DNA of 64,000 nt from Glycera tridactyla (GCA_965644265.1 OZ286462.1:44268001-44332000), one strand, 5' to 3'; shown: positions 1-13,393, numbered from the stretch's first letter. Made by a program: numbers and translations. Notes: generated by a model not told the origin, from the sequence alone.

Positions 1-713
1 CATTGTTTGTTTAACACATGTATACAGTACTTGACAAGAACAATGCCTCCGCCATGCCATCAAACCACTTGAAAACATCACATATACCGCTGAAATTTTG
101 CTGCGTAACTCTCACAGAACAACACCATATTCAGTGACTCACTCATCCAGAAATGAATCAGATCCTATATACGAATATCCATCAATTGTCATCACATGTA
201 CAGGCATAAATATCTTATTGGATCCGAAACAGTTATGAAAAAACACAATATCTGGGGTTGATTTGGGGGGATATACAAATGAAAACATCAAATTTAAAGT
301 GCATGCCTTGGATCAATAGTCTGGTTACACTCCCCATGGTAAACAAAATCCAATGGGGTTCACATTTGTGATGGTTTGACGAGGAAAAAATTGACTAAAA
401 CACCAGCCGACAAGACAAACTCAAGTCACATTGATGTGGTATGTGCGGGTTGCAGCAGGATAAACATCTTCCTATTGTTTACTGTTTAACGATCCATTTC
501 GGGGTTTAGGATGCTTTGTTGGTGGCACTTGTAGTTTTTAGCAAGTTTCCTATACGAGACAGAACCAGCTCAATGTCTGGCTATGTTTTACAACATTTCG
601 ATCCTTACACTTGCAGAGTTTTGAGGATCTCCTAATTGCTTCTATTATTATTGACCTCAAGTCAATAAATTTCAGTACTAAAAGTATATTCAAAAGTGTC
701 TGCATGTATGTTG

Positions 714-764
714 GCCTGCCTGCCTGTCTGCCTGCCTGCCTGTCTGCCCGTCTGTCTGTCTGTC
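714..764. repeat. (CTGC/CTGT)n tetranucleotide microsatellite
   Basis: Run of cctg/tctg units read directly. Confidence 0.9.
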
Positions 765-1834
765 CCATCATGTCCGTCAATCATCTGTATATTTGTCCAT
801 TCATATGTCCATCCCTCTGTTTCTCTGTTCATTACCATGCACACAAACACACATGAACACACATGCACACACTTTTTCTCTCATACATTCCCTCTAATAA
901 ACATAATCTATCCGGGCAATGTGGGGTCGTGATTTACTCATAATAAATGTATGTATCAAACTACATGAAATAGTATGGTGGATTCCTGAGGACGTAATTC
1001 TTCGATAAAGAAAGTGATCCCCACCATGCAAATATGCTTACTTGGATGCATCAACATCATGGCATGGAAGATCCCTTTTAGAAGTTTTGAGACTATATCA
1101 GCTCCATAAGTGTATGAAGAATATTTAGAGATGAGATAAAGAATATTAAGAGAATATCAGAGAACAAATGGAGAAAGCATCCGTTAGTAAGAGCGATGCT
1201 ATTTTGCTGGCCAAGTGTCTAATGGATACAGCATCCCACAAGAGGCTACAAGTAATTAAAAACATTGCAACACACAAATTACGATCCATAAAGCAGCACA
1301 CCAGCAAGAGTTTCCACTCATAACAAACTTATTTTTATTACACAATTGAGCCATCATAGAGCATGAGTGAATTGCCTTGTGTCCAAAATTTATCACTGCT
1401 CGTCAGCTGGGGCTTTGCGTGGCCATATCTGATTGCCGCTGGCATTAATTGGCCAACATGGTGGCATTAATTGGCCAACACCGGATTCTGCTACACCCAT
1501 TAATTGTAATACTAACCCCTCCCTCACTTTCTCGTATAATATATTGGATATTTTCAATCCATCCAATTTTCCAAGCTTATTCTCTCATGCATGTTTGATA
1601 ATGTGACAGGCCTCTTTGAGTAAGCATGCTTTAACTCACCCAATACAAATGATGATACTATCTATCGTGCATTATAAATCATAAGCCTGCCCCCCCCCCC
1701 CCCCCCCAATATTCTCTGACAAAGTTTCATAATTTGCCAGCCTTCATAGTCACACCCTCCGATTTCAGGAGTAGGATTTTCACTTTAATCATGAAATTCC
1801 GTTTGAATGACATTGAAATTTATCAAGTGAAAGA

Positions 1835-2076
1835 AACACTGTTTGGGAAAGTAAGTTCCAAATCTTGATTCTCCAGAGTGCTTGTGGAACACTGTTGGGA
1901 AAGTAAGTTCCAAATCTTGATTCTCCAGAGTGCTTGTGGAACACTGTTTGGGAAAGTGAGTTCCAAATCTCGATTCTCCAGAGTGCTTGTGGAACATTGT
2001 TTGGGAAAGTGAGTTCCAAATCTTGATTCTCCAGAGTGCTCTTGGAACACTGTTTGGGAAAGTGAGTTCCAAATCC
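1835..2076. repeat. 53-bp tandem repeat, about 4.6 copies
   Basis: Unit aacactgtttgggaaagt(a/g)agttccaaatcttgattctccagagtgcttgtgg restarts at 1835, 1888, 1940, 1993, 2046. Confidence 0.95.
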
Positions 2077-3620
2077 TGCACTAAGCAAAGCAAGAGAAGC
2101 AATGCATGAAATAAGGGCAAATGTTTACTGGGTCACTGGATGGAACAGTCATAAATTTCCCTCACAGAATCTGGGTATTTGTGGATTAGGAAACTGTATA
2201 GCCTGCAGGAAATGGCTAATGCCCATCAGTTTCCTGAATGTTATCCTGTGAACAATAAATCATTATGCAGTTTGGATGGGGATTACAACTTGAACCCTTT
2301 TATTCCAACACTTGATCTTGCTTTCAAAAGGCAAATGGAATTGAGTCATTTTTATTTCATAGATACTTCATATCTGATATTGCATAGATATCCAGTATGA
2401 TGAAAAAAAATACCGGTCTGCAGCCTCAAAAATTTTCATTCTCAACTTTTATGTGGCAATATCACTATTGAGTTCTCTTGCATGTGTATGAACAGAATAT
2501 TTGATGAGAGCCTGGAGTACATTTCGTGAACTGTTGAAATAACACAGAAATACATGGAAATGTCCATTGGTCAGGTATGACACTGAGACAAATTCACTAG
2601 GGCCAATATTAGAGATTGATTTTTGCAATTGTCTTTGGGTTTTGGTTGGAAGTATGAAGGTATGTCTCAGAGAAAAGATGAAGTACTGCCAGCAAGGTCA
2701 GGTGAGATGAGGTGGAGAGCACAGGGATGCAATTGGCTGACAACAAAAACATGCAAAAAATGCAATTTTTTCTGGACCACATCACCCACATCACCCTCCT
2801 TGTTGCCTACTATATCACAGAGTTGTCACAATCGCAGAGACTTCAGTCAACCACACATTCTGTACCTTTTCTCCACAGATTCTGATCAAAAACTCGCAAT
2901 CTGAACACCCAGGTCCCATACAATATTTTGTATTGGCATAGTTTACAATCTTCAAGCACCCTTTTTGAGTTTTTTGAGGGTGTTGCTAAAAGGATAAAAT
3001 GCACAGATATCCACCTTTTTGAACACGAGATGATTAGAAAAGTAGTGCAGACAATCAGGAGAACAAACAACTAATTTAGAAGCTGCATGGTGCGAAAACA
3101 TGCAATAATCACTGTAAAAACATGCGTTAGCTGACATTTCTAAACGTTTGATATGGATAATCATTCCATTTGCATGTTGTGATTGTTTTATGACATCTGG
3201 CCCTAGGGGGGTTGTTGAAAGGCACAGTTTGTTTTCATCGACAATCGCTGCCATTCCATGTTTTATGTCTACCTGCATGTCTCCCCGTTATAATCATCCT
3301 CCCCACCTCAGATGGAATGTTAATCAGTCACATCTAGGTGTTTATGGCACCCACATAAACACCACCAGTTTCTGTATATACTCAATGGGGGTACTTTACC
3401 CTTTGACATACCACATTCAACCTCAGCTTTGATCCATGACATGGGGGTTGAGTGTCAAGGTGTCCTCTTGTATAAAATAAATCTCAGTTAAAAGGGCTGC
3501 CAATCGAAATATCACCTAATATTTCTTGTTCACTGAACAAGATTTCTCATGATGAAACTATGTTTCAGGATACACCATTGAAATGTACAAATTACATCTT
3601 CAGAAATCATCCGATTTTTT

Positions 3621-3682
3621 GTGGATTTGAACCTGGGATCTCCAGCATGGCACCAACCACCTAGCCTGTGGAGGAGCATGCT
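3621..3682 (-). mobile_element. tRNA-derived SINE head fragment
   Basis: Minus strand reads ...aggctaggtgg...ccaggttcaaatccac: A-box-like and B-box (GGTTCAAATCC) Pol III motifs; no full tRNA cloverleaf seen. Confidence 0.45.
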
Positions 3683-3838
3683 GACTTACCCGACTTTCAT
3701 GATTTCTCTGAATTAAATCATTCAACAACAAAAATCAGCACACATCAATATCTCAAATGAACTGTTGTTTCATTGATTGGTAGATTTAATTTAAGGACAA
3801 GTACCAACCTGTAGGATTATGTATACATTTTGTTCCAG

Positions 3839-3936
3839 ATGTATGAGATCAGGATGATCTGCCCCTACAAGTTTCTCTCTCACAAGGTGTGAACACATGA
3901 TGAGAACCCTGACAGGTCAGACACACACCCTACCTT
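3839..3936 (+). CDS. Candidate exon (possible start-codon exon, MMRTLTGQTHTLP)
   Basis: Acceptor ttttgttccag, donor CTT|gtgagt; ATG at 3897 leaves phase 1 at the donor; alternative acceptor ctctcacaag at 3886. Confidence 0.25.
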
Positions 3937-4595
3937 GTGAGTCGTGAATTGGTATAATTAAAGCACATCATGAAACTTGAGGATTTCTATAAATTTGCAT
4001 AAATAAATGATCAAATGTGCCTTCTTTCTGTAATAACAAGGAAAATCTGATAAAACATCACTTTTTGCATCATTCCACTACTCCCAACTGACTTTATGCA
4101 GCACCAAAACAAACATACTTACAATTTCAAATTTCAGTTTGTAACCTGAGAATTTCAAACCATGGTGAAGTACAACTGATTTTTTTCAGATAAGTATGAT
4201 TCATGACTTAACTGTTCATATAATGGGACTATTGGACAGCAGAAAAAGTAACATTACAGATTTTTGTCTATTTGACACCATTAGGTAGCTGATCATGCTT
4301 CTTGTTTGTTGATTTTGCCGATGACTTCCCACCTTTAAAACATGTCCCGCCAGCACTCTGCAAACATTACTCTGTCGGCAACCATATGAAGATATTTACC
4401 CTAGAGATCACTACCTGTGCCCAGGTAGAGTGCTGCTTTTTCTTTAATATTGATCATCTCTTTTTTATTGAAAATATAAACACTAGCACACACAGCCCCT
4501 CTCTCTACTTCCCCCCCCCCCTCCCTTTCATACCATTGGCTGACTGGCTGTCTGAGAGAGTGTGGACAACAGGCAGAGATACAGACAGTGTAAGA

Positions 4596-4716
4596 GGGGG
4601 GGGGGGGGGGCTAGAGTGAAAAGGAGAGAGAGTGAAAGACGGAGAGTGAAGAGAGAGACAGATAGGCAGACAGACAGACACAGAGAGAGAGACACAGAGA
4701 GAGAGGGAGAGAGAGT
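4596..4716. repeat. G15 run followed by GA/GACA-rich microsatellite
   Basis: Read directly. Confidence 0.85.
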
Positions 4717-4784
4717 AGGAATGATGAAGAGACGGGTCTATTTAGTGGCATTATATATCACCCATATCATATATACATTTACAG

Positions 4785-4866
4785 GGATTACAGATCGTAA
4801 ACTAAAAGCCGTAATAGAGCACATATATCCAGCATTCCTCCGTCATCAAAAACCTCGAAGCCAGTG
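4785..4866 (+). CDS. Candidate exon ITDRKLKAVIEHIYPAFLRHQKPRSQ, unknown protein
   Basis: Acceptor catttacag, donor TG|gtaaat; one frame open over 82 nt; phase-compatible with 3839-3936. Confidence 0.35.
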
Positions 4867-6554
4867 GTAAATTGTGGCTGTAAAATGCACAGTGCCAAAT
4901 ATGCCAGAATGAATTCCCATGCACATGTTTTGTGAGATTATTGTGGATTTTCTCTGAGCGACTGCTATATATCAGTGTAAAACATGTGATGTAATCACAA
5001 CTCAAGGCCACCCAAGTTGACAAGACTTTATCATCGGTGATTGTGTGTCTAATTAGGTTATGTCAGAGCTCATTAAGCATGACATGAAACTTGTTATTAG
5101 AATAGCGCAAGCGATGAATCCATGTCTTGACAATCTAATCAAAATCGACCAGATAATTCAGTACAGCTGGTTGCTCTGTTCTGCAAAGTCTGCAATAACT
5201 GTTAAAATGCCAACACATCCGAATGAGTCATGAATTTATTGTTATAGCTTTCCAGTGTTTATCTGATTCATATTTACTGATTACCTTGGGAAAGTTAGCA
5301 AAGCTGAACTATGCACACAGAATAAACTGTCCAAAGACTGCAAAATGCTATTCTGACTTTCGAAGTTTGATTCATCGATTATTTGAATACACAAGAATGA
5401 CAAAAGTGTATCAGTATTGTATATTTCACCGATGACTGTCAATAGAATGCAATTCTTCAAAACTACAGCTGCTGGAATCCATTCATTCTGAGAGCCCTAC
5501 CATCTGGATTGTATCCTAATGAAGATATTTGATGGGGGCTGGATATGACCTATGTCACAGTAAGCTGTGCCGAGAAGAGTCCCTTGCAAGCAATAATGAC
5601 TGAGTATGATGTAATAATGACAACATACAGCTAATGCAGAGAGCTGCCTGCTCCACTGATAATCAGAGTATCTATGACATGGGATTCTTCTATTACTGTA
5701 GCCACGTATTGCCCCAGTTGGCACTGAGAATGCATGTAATGTTACCAGAGATTACCATCTCAATGGGATGATGTCTTATGACAAGAGTACATGATTGATG
5801 GAGAGCTGACACATTTCATGATGAGGGATCAGTAGCAGGATATCATGAGGCTGTGGGTTGAGTGAGATCTCTACGCCAGTCTACCATGCAACAGAATATC
5901 TAGGCTCTTGGAGAACAACAAACGGTGTTTCCCGTGAATTGCCCAGATAGCAGCTATCCTTGGAGAATTTTTTTGGCAATCGGACCATAAACATTTTATG
6001 AACCAATTTGAGAAACATTTGAAAAACAACTTTTTGGGGAACTTTTTTCTGACCAATTGTGAAGTAGAGAACTGCTTTCCAACCAATTTTCTGCCAGACT
6101 ATAACGTGAGGAACTACTTTCTGTCCCACTGTGAAGTGTGGATCCACTTTCTACTCAACTGCCCAACTATGAACTGAAGAACTACTTTTTGCTCATCTGT
6201 GAAGTGAGGCAATACTTTATGACCAACTGACAAATCAACATCCTGCATTTGATGTAGTAGACAGGAAGAGATTCTGGCTGATCTGTGAGGTATTCATGCA
6301 GGCCTTTACACCCACATCTTCCTCTGGTCATATTCATTAGGGGTGATACAATCAAATATTATATATATGTGTGCCATTTGAACTGAAGAATCAATGTGTA
6401 TCAAATATTAAGGCCACCCTAATTCATAGTGACATCAAATTCATGTAATCTTTCTCTGATTGTATTTTCTGTATTGGTTTAAAATTTGTTGTCAATCTGG
6501 AAATGCCCCTTACTTCGGGTGTATCTATACTTAGTGAAATGAAATAAAAACATA

Positions 6555-6703
6555 CAGTGGAACCAGTATTCAGCAACCACCCCAAAAATGGTTGCTTAAT
6601 ACAGGTAAACTGAAGTGAGAAATACCCTGGCCGGAAATCATAAAGTGGCCGTTTAAGACAGGTGTTTGATGATTACAGTGGTTGCTCAATATAGGTTCCA
6701 CTG
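6555..6703. mobile_element. Tc1/mariner-type MITE
   Basis: 26-bp TIR CAGTGGAACC(A/T)(G/A)TATT(C/G)AGCAACCAC with TA on both sides. Confidence 0.85.
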
Positions 6704-7479
6704 TACATGAACTTCAGTTAGCAGAATAGCAGATAGTCTTGACGCATTTGCTAGCAGAATGATAGTACACCAGTGATTTGTCCTTGCAGTGATGTGCCGC
6801 ACGGATGCGGCTATTCATCACTGCTACTGAATGCGGTTATGATGCGATTAATATGAGATGACAGATGGAGTAATCTGGCATTGCTTGTAGAAAATCGCTG
6901 CAGCCACAATGACGACATATTGTCAATACCAGCACAATGTCTCCTCCACTGGTGCCCATACTGAATCCTAGCAGCCACAACACAGCAGGAAAGAAATCAT
7001 CCTCAACTCAGTAATATTGAATATATCAGTGACAAAATATTCCAGGCATAATTGATCATATATTTTCCATCCAACTGAGCTATTTTCACTATGATGGATG
7101 ATTTCTTGCAAGTGCTGGTTTGTTTATGTATGATATTTATCCATCACCTCATCAAGATTGAGATGAGATGGACAGCCGGCCTGATGGAAGGACTGACAGG
7201 CTGACGTACTGATGGATGGAAGAATGAACAGACGGACAGATAGACAGAGAGAAAAAGAAGAGGAAGACAAGAAACGAGAGATAAATCAGAGCAGAATGCA
7301 AATTGAAGCCTCAAACTATGAGGCGGGGTGGAATAAGTATAATAGTATAATATACTTGGCTGTGATATAGAGAAGGTGTAACTTTATATCTACATTCCAT
7401 GAAAGCAGTGGTTGGCCTATTGTCCTCAACCCCTGGATAAGAATAATGACAAGAAATGGATACCTTCCGATAATATACG

Positions 7480-8470
7480 TATACGGAAATGGTCATGAGA
7501 AGAGGAAGACGCTAGTAAAAGGTCATCCTACAAGCCCCGAAGGACGGATTTAACCATTGACTGACTTCCTCCATGTCTATCCAAAATCACTGTAATGGTT
7601 GTGACATACACTGCAAGGACATCATCTCAGGAGATGGTGAAACGTGTCCCTTGCTCACACCCATGTATTACCCAGCAGGCAGATTGCCTATTGATGAGGT
7701 GGATATGACCTAATCTTAGAACGTAATTTGCTCATCTTGATAACATTTCAGATTGCTCACAGACATTCCAGCTCTTACTGATTCTGAATCAGAGGATACA
7801 TCATCAAACAATGAAGTGAAAAGAGGCAATACCTCTGGAAAAGCTAACCATGGTTGATGAAAGTTGGTCTCTTAAAGGGACAGAATCTTTCTGAAAAACA
7901 TTTCAGCAGGTATAAAATGTACAGACAACTGTTCAATGACAACTTATTGTTCAGAATATACACAAATGGATAAATAGATGAATNNNNNNNNNNNNNNNNN
8001 NNNNNNNNNNNNNNNNNNNNNNNNNNNNNNNNNNNNNNNNNNNNNNNNNNNNNNNNNNNNNNNNNNNNNNNNNNNNNNNNNNNNNNNNNNNNNNNNNNNN
8101 NNNNNNNNNNNNNNNNNNNNNNNNNNNNNNNNNNNNNNNNNNNNNNNNNNNNNNNNNNNNNNNNNNNNNNNNNNTTTTAAGTGCAGTATGGTACGAAGGA
8201 GGTGAGAAAAACCCTCATGTAAGGATCCTTGAGGCCTCTGGCACAACCAGCATTGCCATCTGTGATGTCAAAAGCATAACATTGCTGACACCAATTGAAG
8301 GGGAAGAGATTATGTACATTGATAGCTGAAGATGGTACATGATGTGTAGGGTTGATCGGGTCTTCATGTCATTGCCCACAGATTCTGGCCTCTAATCACA
8401 TCCTATGTGGCACATGACGGTGGCTACCATTTGCACTTCTTTGGTTCCCAACTCACTCATCAGGCATCTG
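7480..8470 (-). pseudogene. Decayed non-LTR retrotransposon RT remnant (NeSL/HERO- or L1-like)
   Basis: Minus strand gives, in RT order across frameshifts and an N-gap, ...HVPH..., MGVSKGHVSP (GxxQGxxxSP-like) and LRGL*DDLLLAS (YxDD-like). Confidence 0.3.
7984..8174. other. Assembly gap (N)
   Basis: N run. Confidence 1.
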
Positions 8471-9666
8471 GGTCCTCCCTCACCAATCACTCCCCATTCA
8501 CTCCTCATCTGACAACCTCTACATACCAATGAACACATTATAGATACTGGTAACGGCTTTTGGCCTGACTCATCTTTCACAATTCATGCATTATTTCCCC
8601 TTTAGCAACGGGAAATTTACCTCAGATCCCATGATCTTAGCTAATCCAAAGTACTTCTTGGTCACCTGGACCTGCAACAGCAAATTCGCAGTAGCCCTTA
8701 GCTGATGAAAGAATGTGGATGCATTTTGACAGTTCCTACGTTCTAATCTTTCTATTGTGAGTGTTGTGAATTCCTACATTCCAGCAGTAAATTTACCCAT
8801 AATAAGTCTAAATGTATCGGAAACCATACATTTGCTAGCAGCAGGTCAGCCAAAGTTGGGGTTTCCATATGATCAGCAAAAGAATACATGTAGAGATTCT
8901 TTTTTGGCGAGGGATAGAAAGAGAATATAGGTCCTGCTTTTTCCCTGTTCTACTAGCAAAATTACACCTCATCCACACATCACAGTGTGATAGGACACTA
9001 CACTGCAACCACCCAAGATCACCTGATGAAGGTTACCATGGTGATGCGTTACTATGACAACATTGTGTTGACATCAAAACAACATCCTTTTTGAGTAGAG
9101 GTAGGATTCTTGGTAAATGCAGTAAGCTAGGAGAAGTTTTCCAAACACAACCACATTCTTTTATCAGTGAGTGGCTACAACTTTCAATATTCGAAAATTA
9201 ATGGCACACTGAAGTCTGTCAAGTTCAATTGTGGCGGGTATGTTTCTCACCCTAGCATAGCGAATTTGCAGTGGATTGAAGCAAAACACACTGACGGACA
9301 TTGTTGATGTCTTCGGTTATTAGAAATGTGATATTTGTGAAGTTCCCTTGTATATTTCAACATAGAATGCCAAACATGTCGATTTCATCCTGGTTTCACA
9401 GCAAGTGCGGCAGCCGTGTCTCCACTATTTCACATAGAAATAATGCCAGTGGATTTGCAAAAAAAATACAGCGTGACCCTCTTCAAAATAACCGGCATAA
9501 AATGCTAATTTCTGTCATACATATGGCATCTGTCGTAAACTATACAAATATCAGCCAAATATCAGCAGATCAATGAAACAATTGCATCACTGAGGAGTTG
9601 ACAAACCATCAACAACATCATTTTTTTTTTGTAATACCAGTTAGGTATCATGAGTTGAACGATGTA

Positions 9667-9843
9667 CAGTATATCCTGTATTCAGCAACCACCCTCAGGG
9701 AATGAAAAAGTGGTTGCTTAAGACAGGTGGATTGCTCGATACAGGTGAATTATAATGAAAAATACTCTGGCAGGATTTTGAAAAGTGGTTGCTTAAGAGA
9801 GGTGGTTGCTGAATACATTGCTTGCTCAATACAGGTTCCACTG
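9667..9843. mobile_element. Tc1/mariner-type MITE related to 6555-6703
   Basis: TA-flanked; ends cagtatatcctgtattcagcaacc / ttgctcaatacaggttccactg; shares ggttgcttaa core. Confidence 0.8.
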
Positions 9844-10539
9844 TATACACAAATTTTCAACTTCTGTGAAATCAGAATAAAATCAGAAGATCATTTGGAA
9901 AATGACTCAAAATGATCAGTCATCATCATCACCATAATAAATCCATTTCGAATCACATGCTATAACGATTGATGCAGGAATTTCCAACCTCTCTGGAATC
10001 TGAATGATAACAGAAGCAGCGCATAAATATTCAATCCCGTATTTTGTGCCTCAACATAAATTGCATCCAAGCCACAGAAAGAATGCATATCCCTGAGAAC
10101 TGATTATTACAGTGGCCAGATGAATAGTAAATCGAAATTTCGAGAAAGTAAGTGGAGATTTTGAGATAGTAAGTCTTTGCCCTGATGAATGAAGACTGAA
10201 TGAAGCACAACATGCAAATGGCTGATCCACGCCACAGTATGTACAAATTAGCCTATTTAATGATCCACTACTAATCATTTACTTACATAACTATGTCCTC
10301 ATCAGCGTAATTAGTGTTCTGATAATATTAGATAATCTCCTGACATACATTAGAGTGTATTCAGCATGCATGTATGTGGAGTGATCAGGAACCACTATCA
10401 CTATAGGCTAGAGGGAAACTTGCGTGGGTGTGTGTGGGTGTCTGAGATTGGTGAAAGGAGCGATCAACATCACAAATGTTCATGCGGTCTAATCTTTTCT
10501 CAGTCCAAGCCATGAACTTTGTCACTGTCTCTGTCCATC

Positions 10540-10815
10540 TGTCTTGTCTGTCTGTCTTGTCAGTCTGTCTGCCTGTCTGCCTGTCTGTCTGTCACACACT
10601 CAAGGTTTTTTCATTTTACTCATGTCAACTACATAACCACAGGCAATTGGTTCATGGAAAGTGAGCTCAATTCGAGGGTTTCTATGACCTCTGGGCTATA
10701 AGATAACCATAGGTAGCAACACACTGTGAACTGCATACCACTGTCATCCCCATGAAATATGCATGCACATGCTCACACACACAAACATACATTCATACAC
10801 ATACACAGACACACA

Positions 10816-10877
<62 letters not shown>
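10540..10877. repeat. (CTGT)n near 10545-10592 and (CA)n near 10773-10877
   Basis: Read directly. Confidence 0.9.
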
Positions 10878-10880
<3 letters not shown>

Positions 10881-11940
10881 GCATGCATGCATGCATTCAT
10901 GCTCAGCATGCAGGTGACACACATCCTTGAATACTCTTGCTGAACTATCAAGGACATATAATGGTGGCCTGCCTATGCAATAATGTGTCATGATTTCTAT
11001 GTTAATGTGACAATATGCAAGCCAGCGCAGATATAAACGACAATCATACGATAGGCGATAGCAACCAGATATTACGATCTGACAATATCTATGACGGATG
11101 CCAGCAACTACTGCTTTACAGATCATATTGTGCCGACCATACAACGGACGGGAAATTGTCTGGTCCCACTGGGAACAAATCACTAGAAACCACATTTTCA
11201 TTGTCACTGATCTGTACTGAAATCAGATATGATGTGAGAATCTGTGGTTATCAGTAATTTTTGTGAAAATTACCCAGATTGAGCTGGAGTGATTGTGCGG
11301 GATTCCAACAGAAGCAGCAGTCATAATGCATTGCTATGAATTCTGAGACCACTCAATCTGTAGCAGGATATTGACTCTAAACACTATACAACATAGCTGA
11401 TCTTTCAGCACACACTTTTCCAATTCGAAGACTGCTATCTCGTGAGCAATGTCATTACAGGCAAATGCCCAAATTTCTCCATTCCACAATCTGATAGTCA
11501 AATTCAAACAAGAATATGATCTGTGGTATAATACTTGAAATGATCCTATAGCAGCTACTGAGAAAGAGGATTGCTAGAAGATTTATGATGATGATGTGGG
11601 GGGAATCTCACTGCTCACACATGATCTGTTAGTATGTCAAAGTTGACAGAAACGACGTGTGAATAGATAACACAGAGAGCGAATGTGGATTCAGTGAAGA
11701 CAGCACGAAGGTTAAAAGTCAGCTGAGGCTGCCCTGAATAGATTTGGCTATCTCTGCCGAACACACTTTTAAGAACAGCTTTTGTGGTTTCTTTATCAGG
11801 AGAGTCTCAGACGGGATCAGTCCTCTACCGGTGCCATGTATCAAAGACATTCACAAACATCTTATTTTGCATCAGTGAATCTATGAAAATGTATCAAAAT
11901 TAGATGATGGCATAACATAATATTCTACATGTATCAGCTT

Positions 11941-12180
11941 TCAATATAAAATTAATCTAAAATATCAGATTAATCTGATATAAAATTAATCTAAAATATA
12001 AGATTGATTCGATATAAAATTAATTTAAAATATAAGATTAATTCGATATGAAATTAATTTAAAATATAAGATTAATTTGATATAAAATTAATTTGAGATA
12101 TAAGATCAATTCGATATAAAATTAATTTGAAAAATAAGATTAATTCGATATAAAATTAATTTAGAATATAAGATTAATTC
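11941..12180. repeat. AT-rich 34-bp tandem repeat, about 7 copies
   Basis: Unit aagattaattcgatataaaattaatttaaaatat with substitutions. Confidence 0.9.
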
Positions 12181-13092
12181 TCAGCTGCAGTAAAATTAAG
12201 ATGGAATCACGACTGATCCATTATATCCTCGTACAAATATTACTGATATTCTGTAAATGTCGTAGGTAGTCATGTCATCATGACAGAAAATGACATCATT
12301 TGCAAAAATGCTTGACACTTGAGAATCCAATCATCACAAAAGTGTATGATGCTCGCCATTGGTGAGATCCCACTTTGGAATGAGAATCGAACACAATTTT
12401 CATTCATGAGCTGTGAATATGTGTTTTAGAACATTTGTAGTCACCATGTACAAACACCCACCAGTGGGAACATAAAATAAAAAAATCAACAACTTTTTCT
12501 ATTTCACACTTGATCAATGGTGTCTGCACTTGTTGTCCCATTGTGACACCACATGCCTATCAAACTCTCGATAACATTCTTCATTCTTTATTCCATTTAT
12601 CGCCTGACTCAAGTCTTATCACATCCGTAATATAAAGCACGATTCCAGATAGCAGTGTGTGCGAATAGCGTGTCTTGGCTCATTGACAGCTGACCAGTGG
12701 TCAAGCTCAGCACTCAATGGCCGCTGATCTCTCTCCGTCCATATGCTAATACACTTCTAGCTGTCGGAATATATACCGGCACTTTGATAATTATTTTCCG
12801 ACAATGCATCCGAGAAGCTGTCAATAGTGGTGTTGTATCGATCCAACTCTTTCACACATTCATAGGATTTATGCAGGCTTTTAGCTGCTTATCTTGCACC
12901 ACCCAATGCAGAATGGCTTTTCTTTGGCACCTTACTGATATGGCCAACTATTGGATGGCTGACTCTCCCTGATACTTTACTGATAGCTTCAAGTTAGCTG
13001 CCCTTCATCAATGTGTTTGAATACCTAAATTTCACCTTCAAAAATTCAGTCATGCATTCCCATAATTATTTCGAAGAGACAGCCTGAGATGG

Positions 13093-13393
13093 ACAGAGAA
13101 AAAAAGAGAGAGAGAAAGAGAGAGGCAGGGAGAATGAGAGAGAGAGAGAGAGGGGGGGAGAGAGAGAAACGGACAGACAGACAGAAAGAGATAGAGANNN
13201 NNNNNNNNNNNNNNNNNNNNNNNNNNNNNNNNNNNNNNNNNNNNNNNNNNNNNNNNNNNNNNNNNNNNNNNNNNNNNNNNNNNNNNNNNNNNNNNNNNNN
13301 NNNNNNNNNNNNNNNNNNNNNNNNNNNNNNNNNNNNNNNNNNNNNNNNNNNNNNNNNNNNNNNNNNNNNNNNNNNNNNNNNNNNNNNNNNNNN
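13093..13393. repeat. (GA)n-rich microsatellite running into assembly gap 13198-13393
   Basis: Read directly. Confidence 0.95.

Noticed and set aside
2413-2530. Minus-strand segment with good acceptor and donor
   Set aside because: Stop codons in all three frames
4785-4866. Resemblance of AVIEHIYP to the TBP/TRF2 C-terminus
   Set aside because: Spacing to upstream conserved residues does not match and no other TBP-like exons were found
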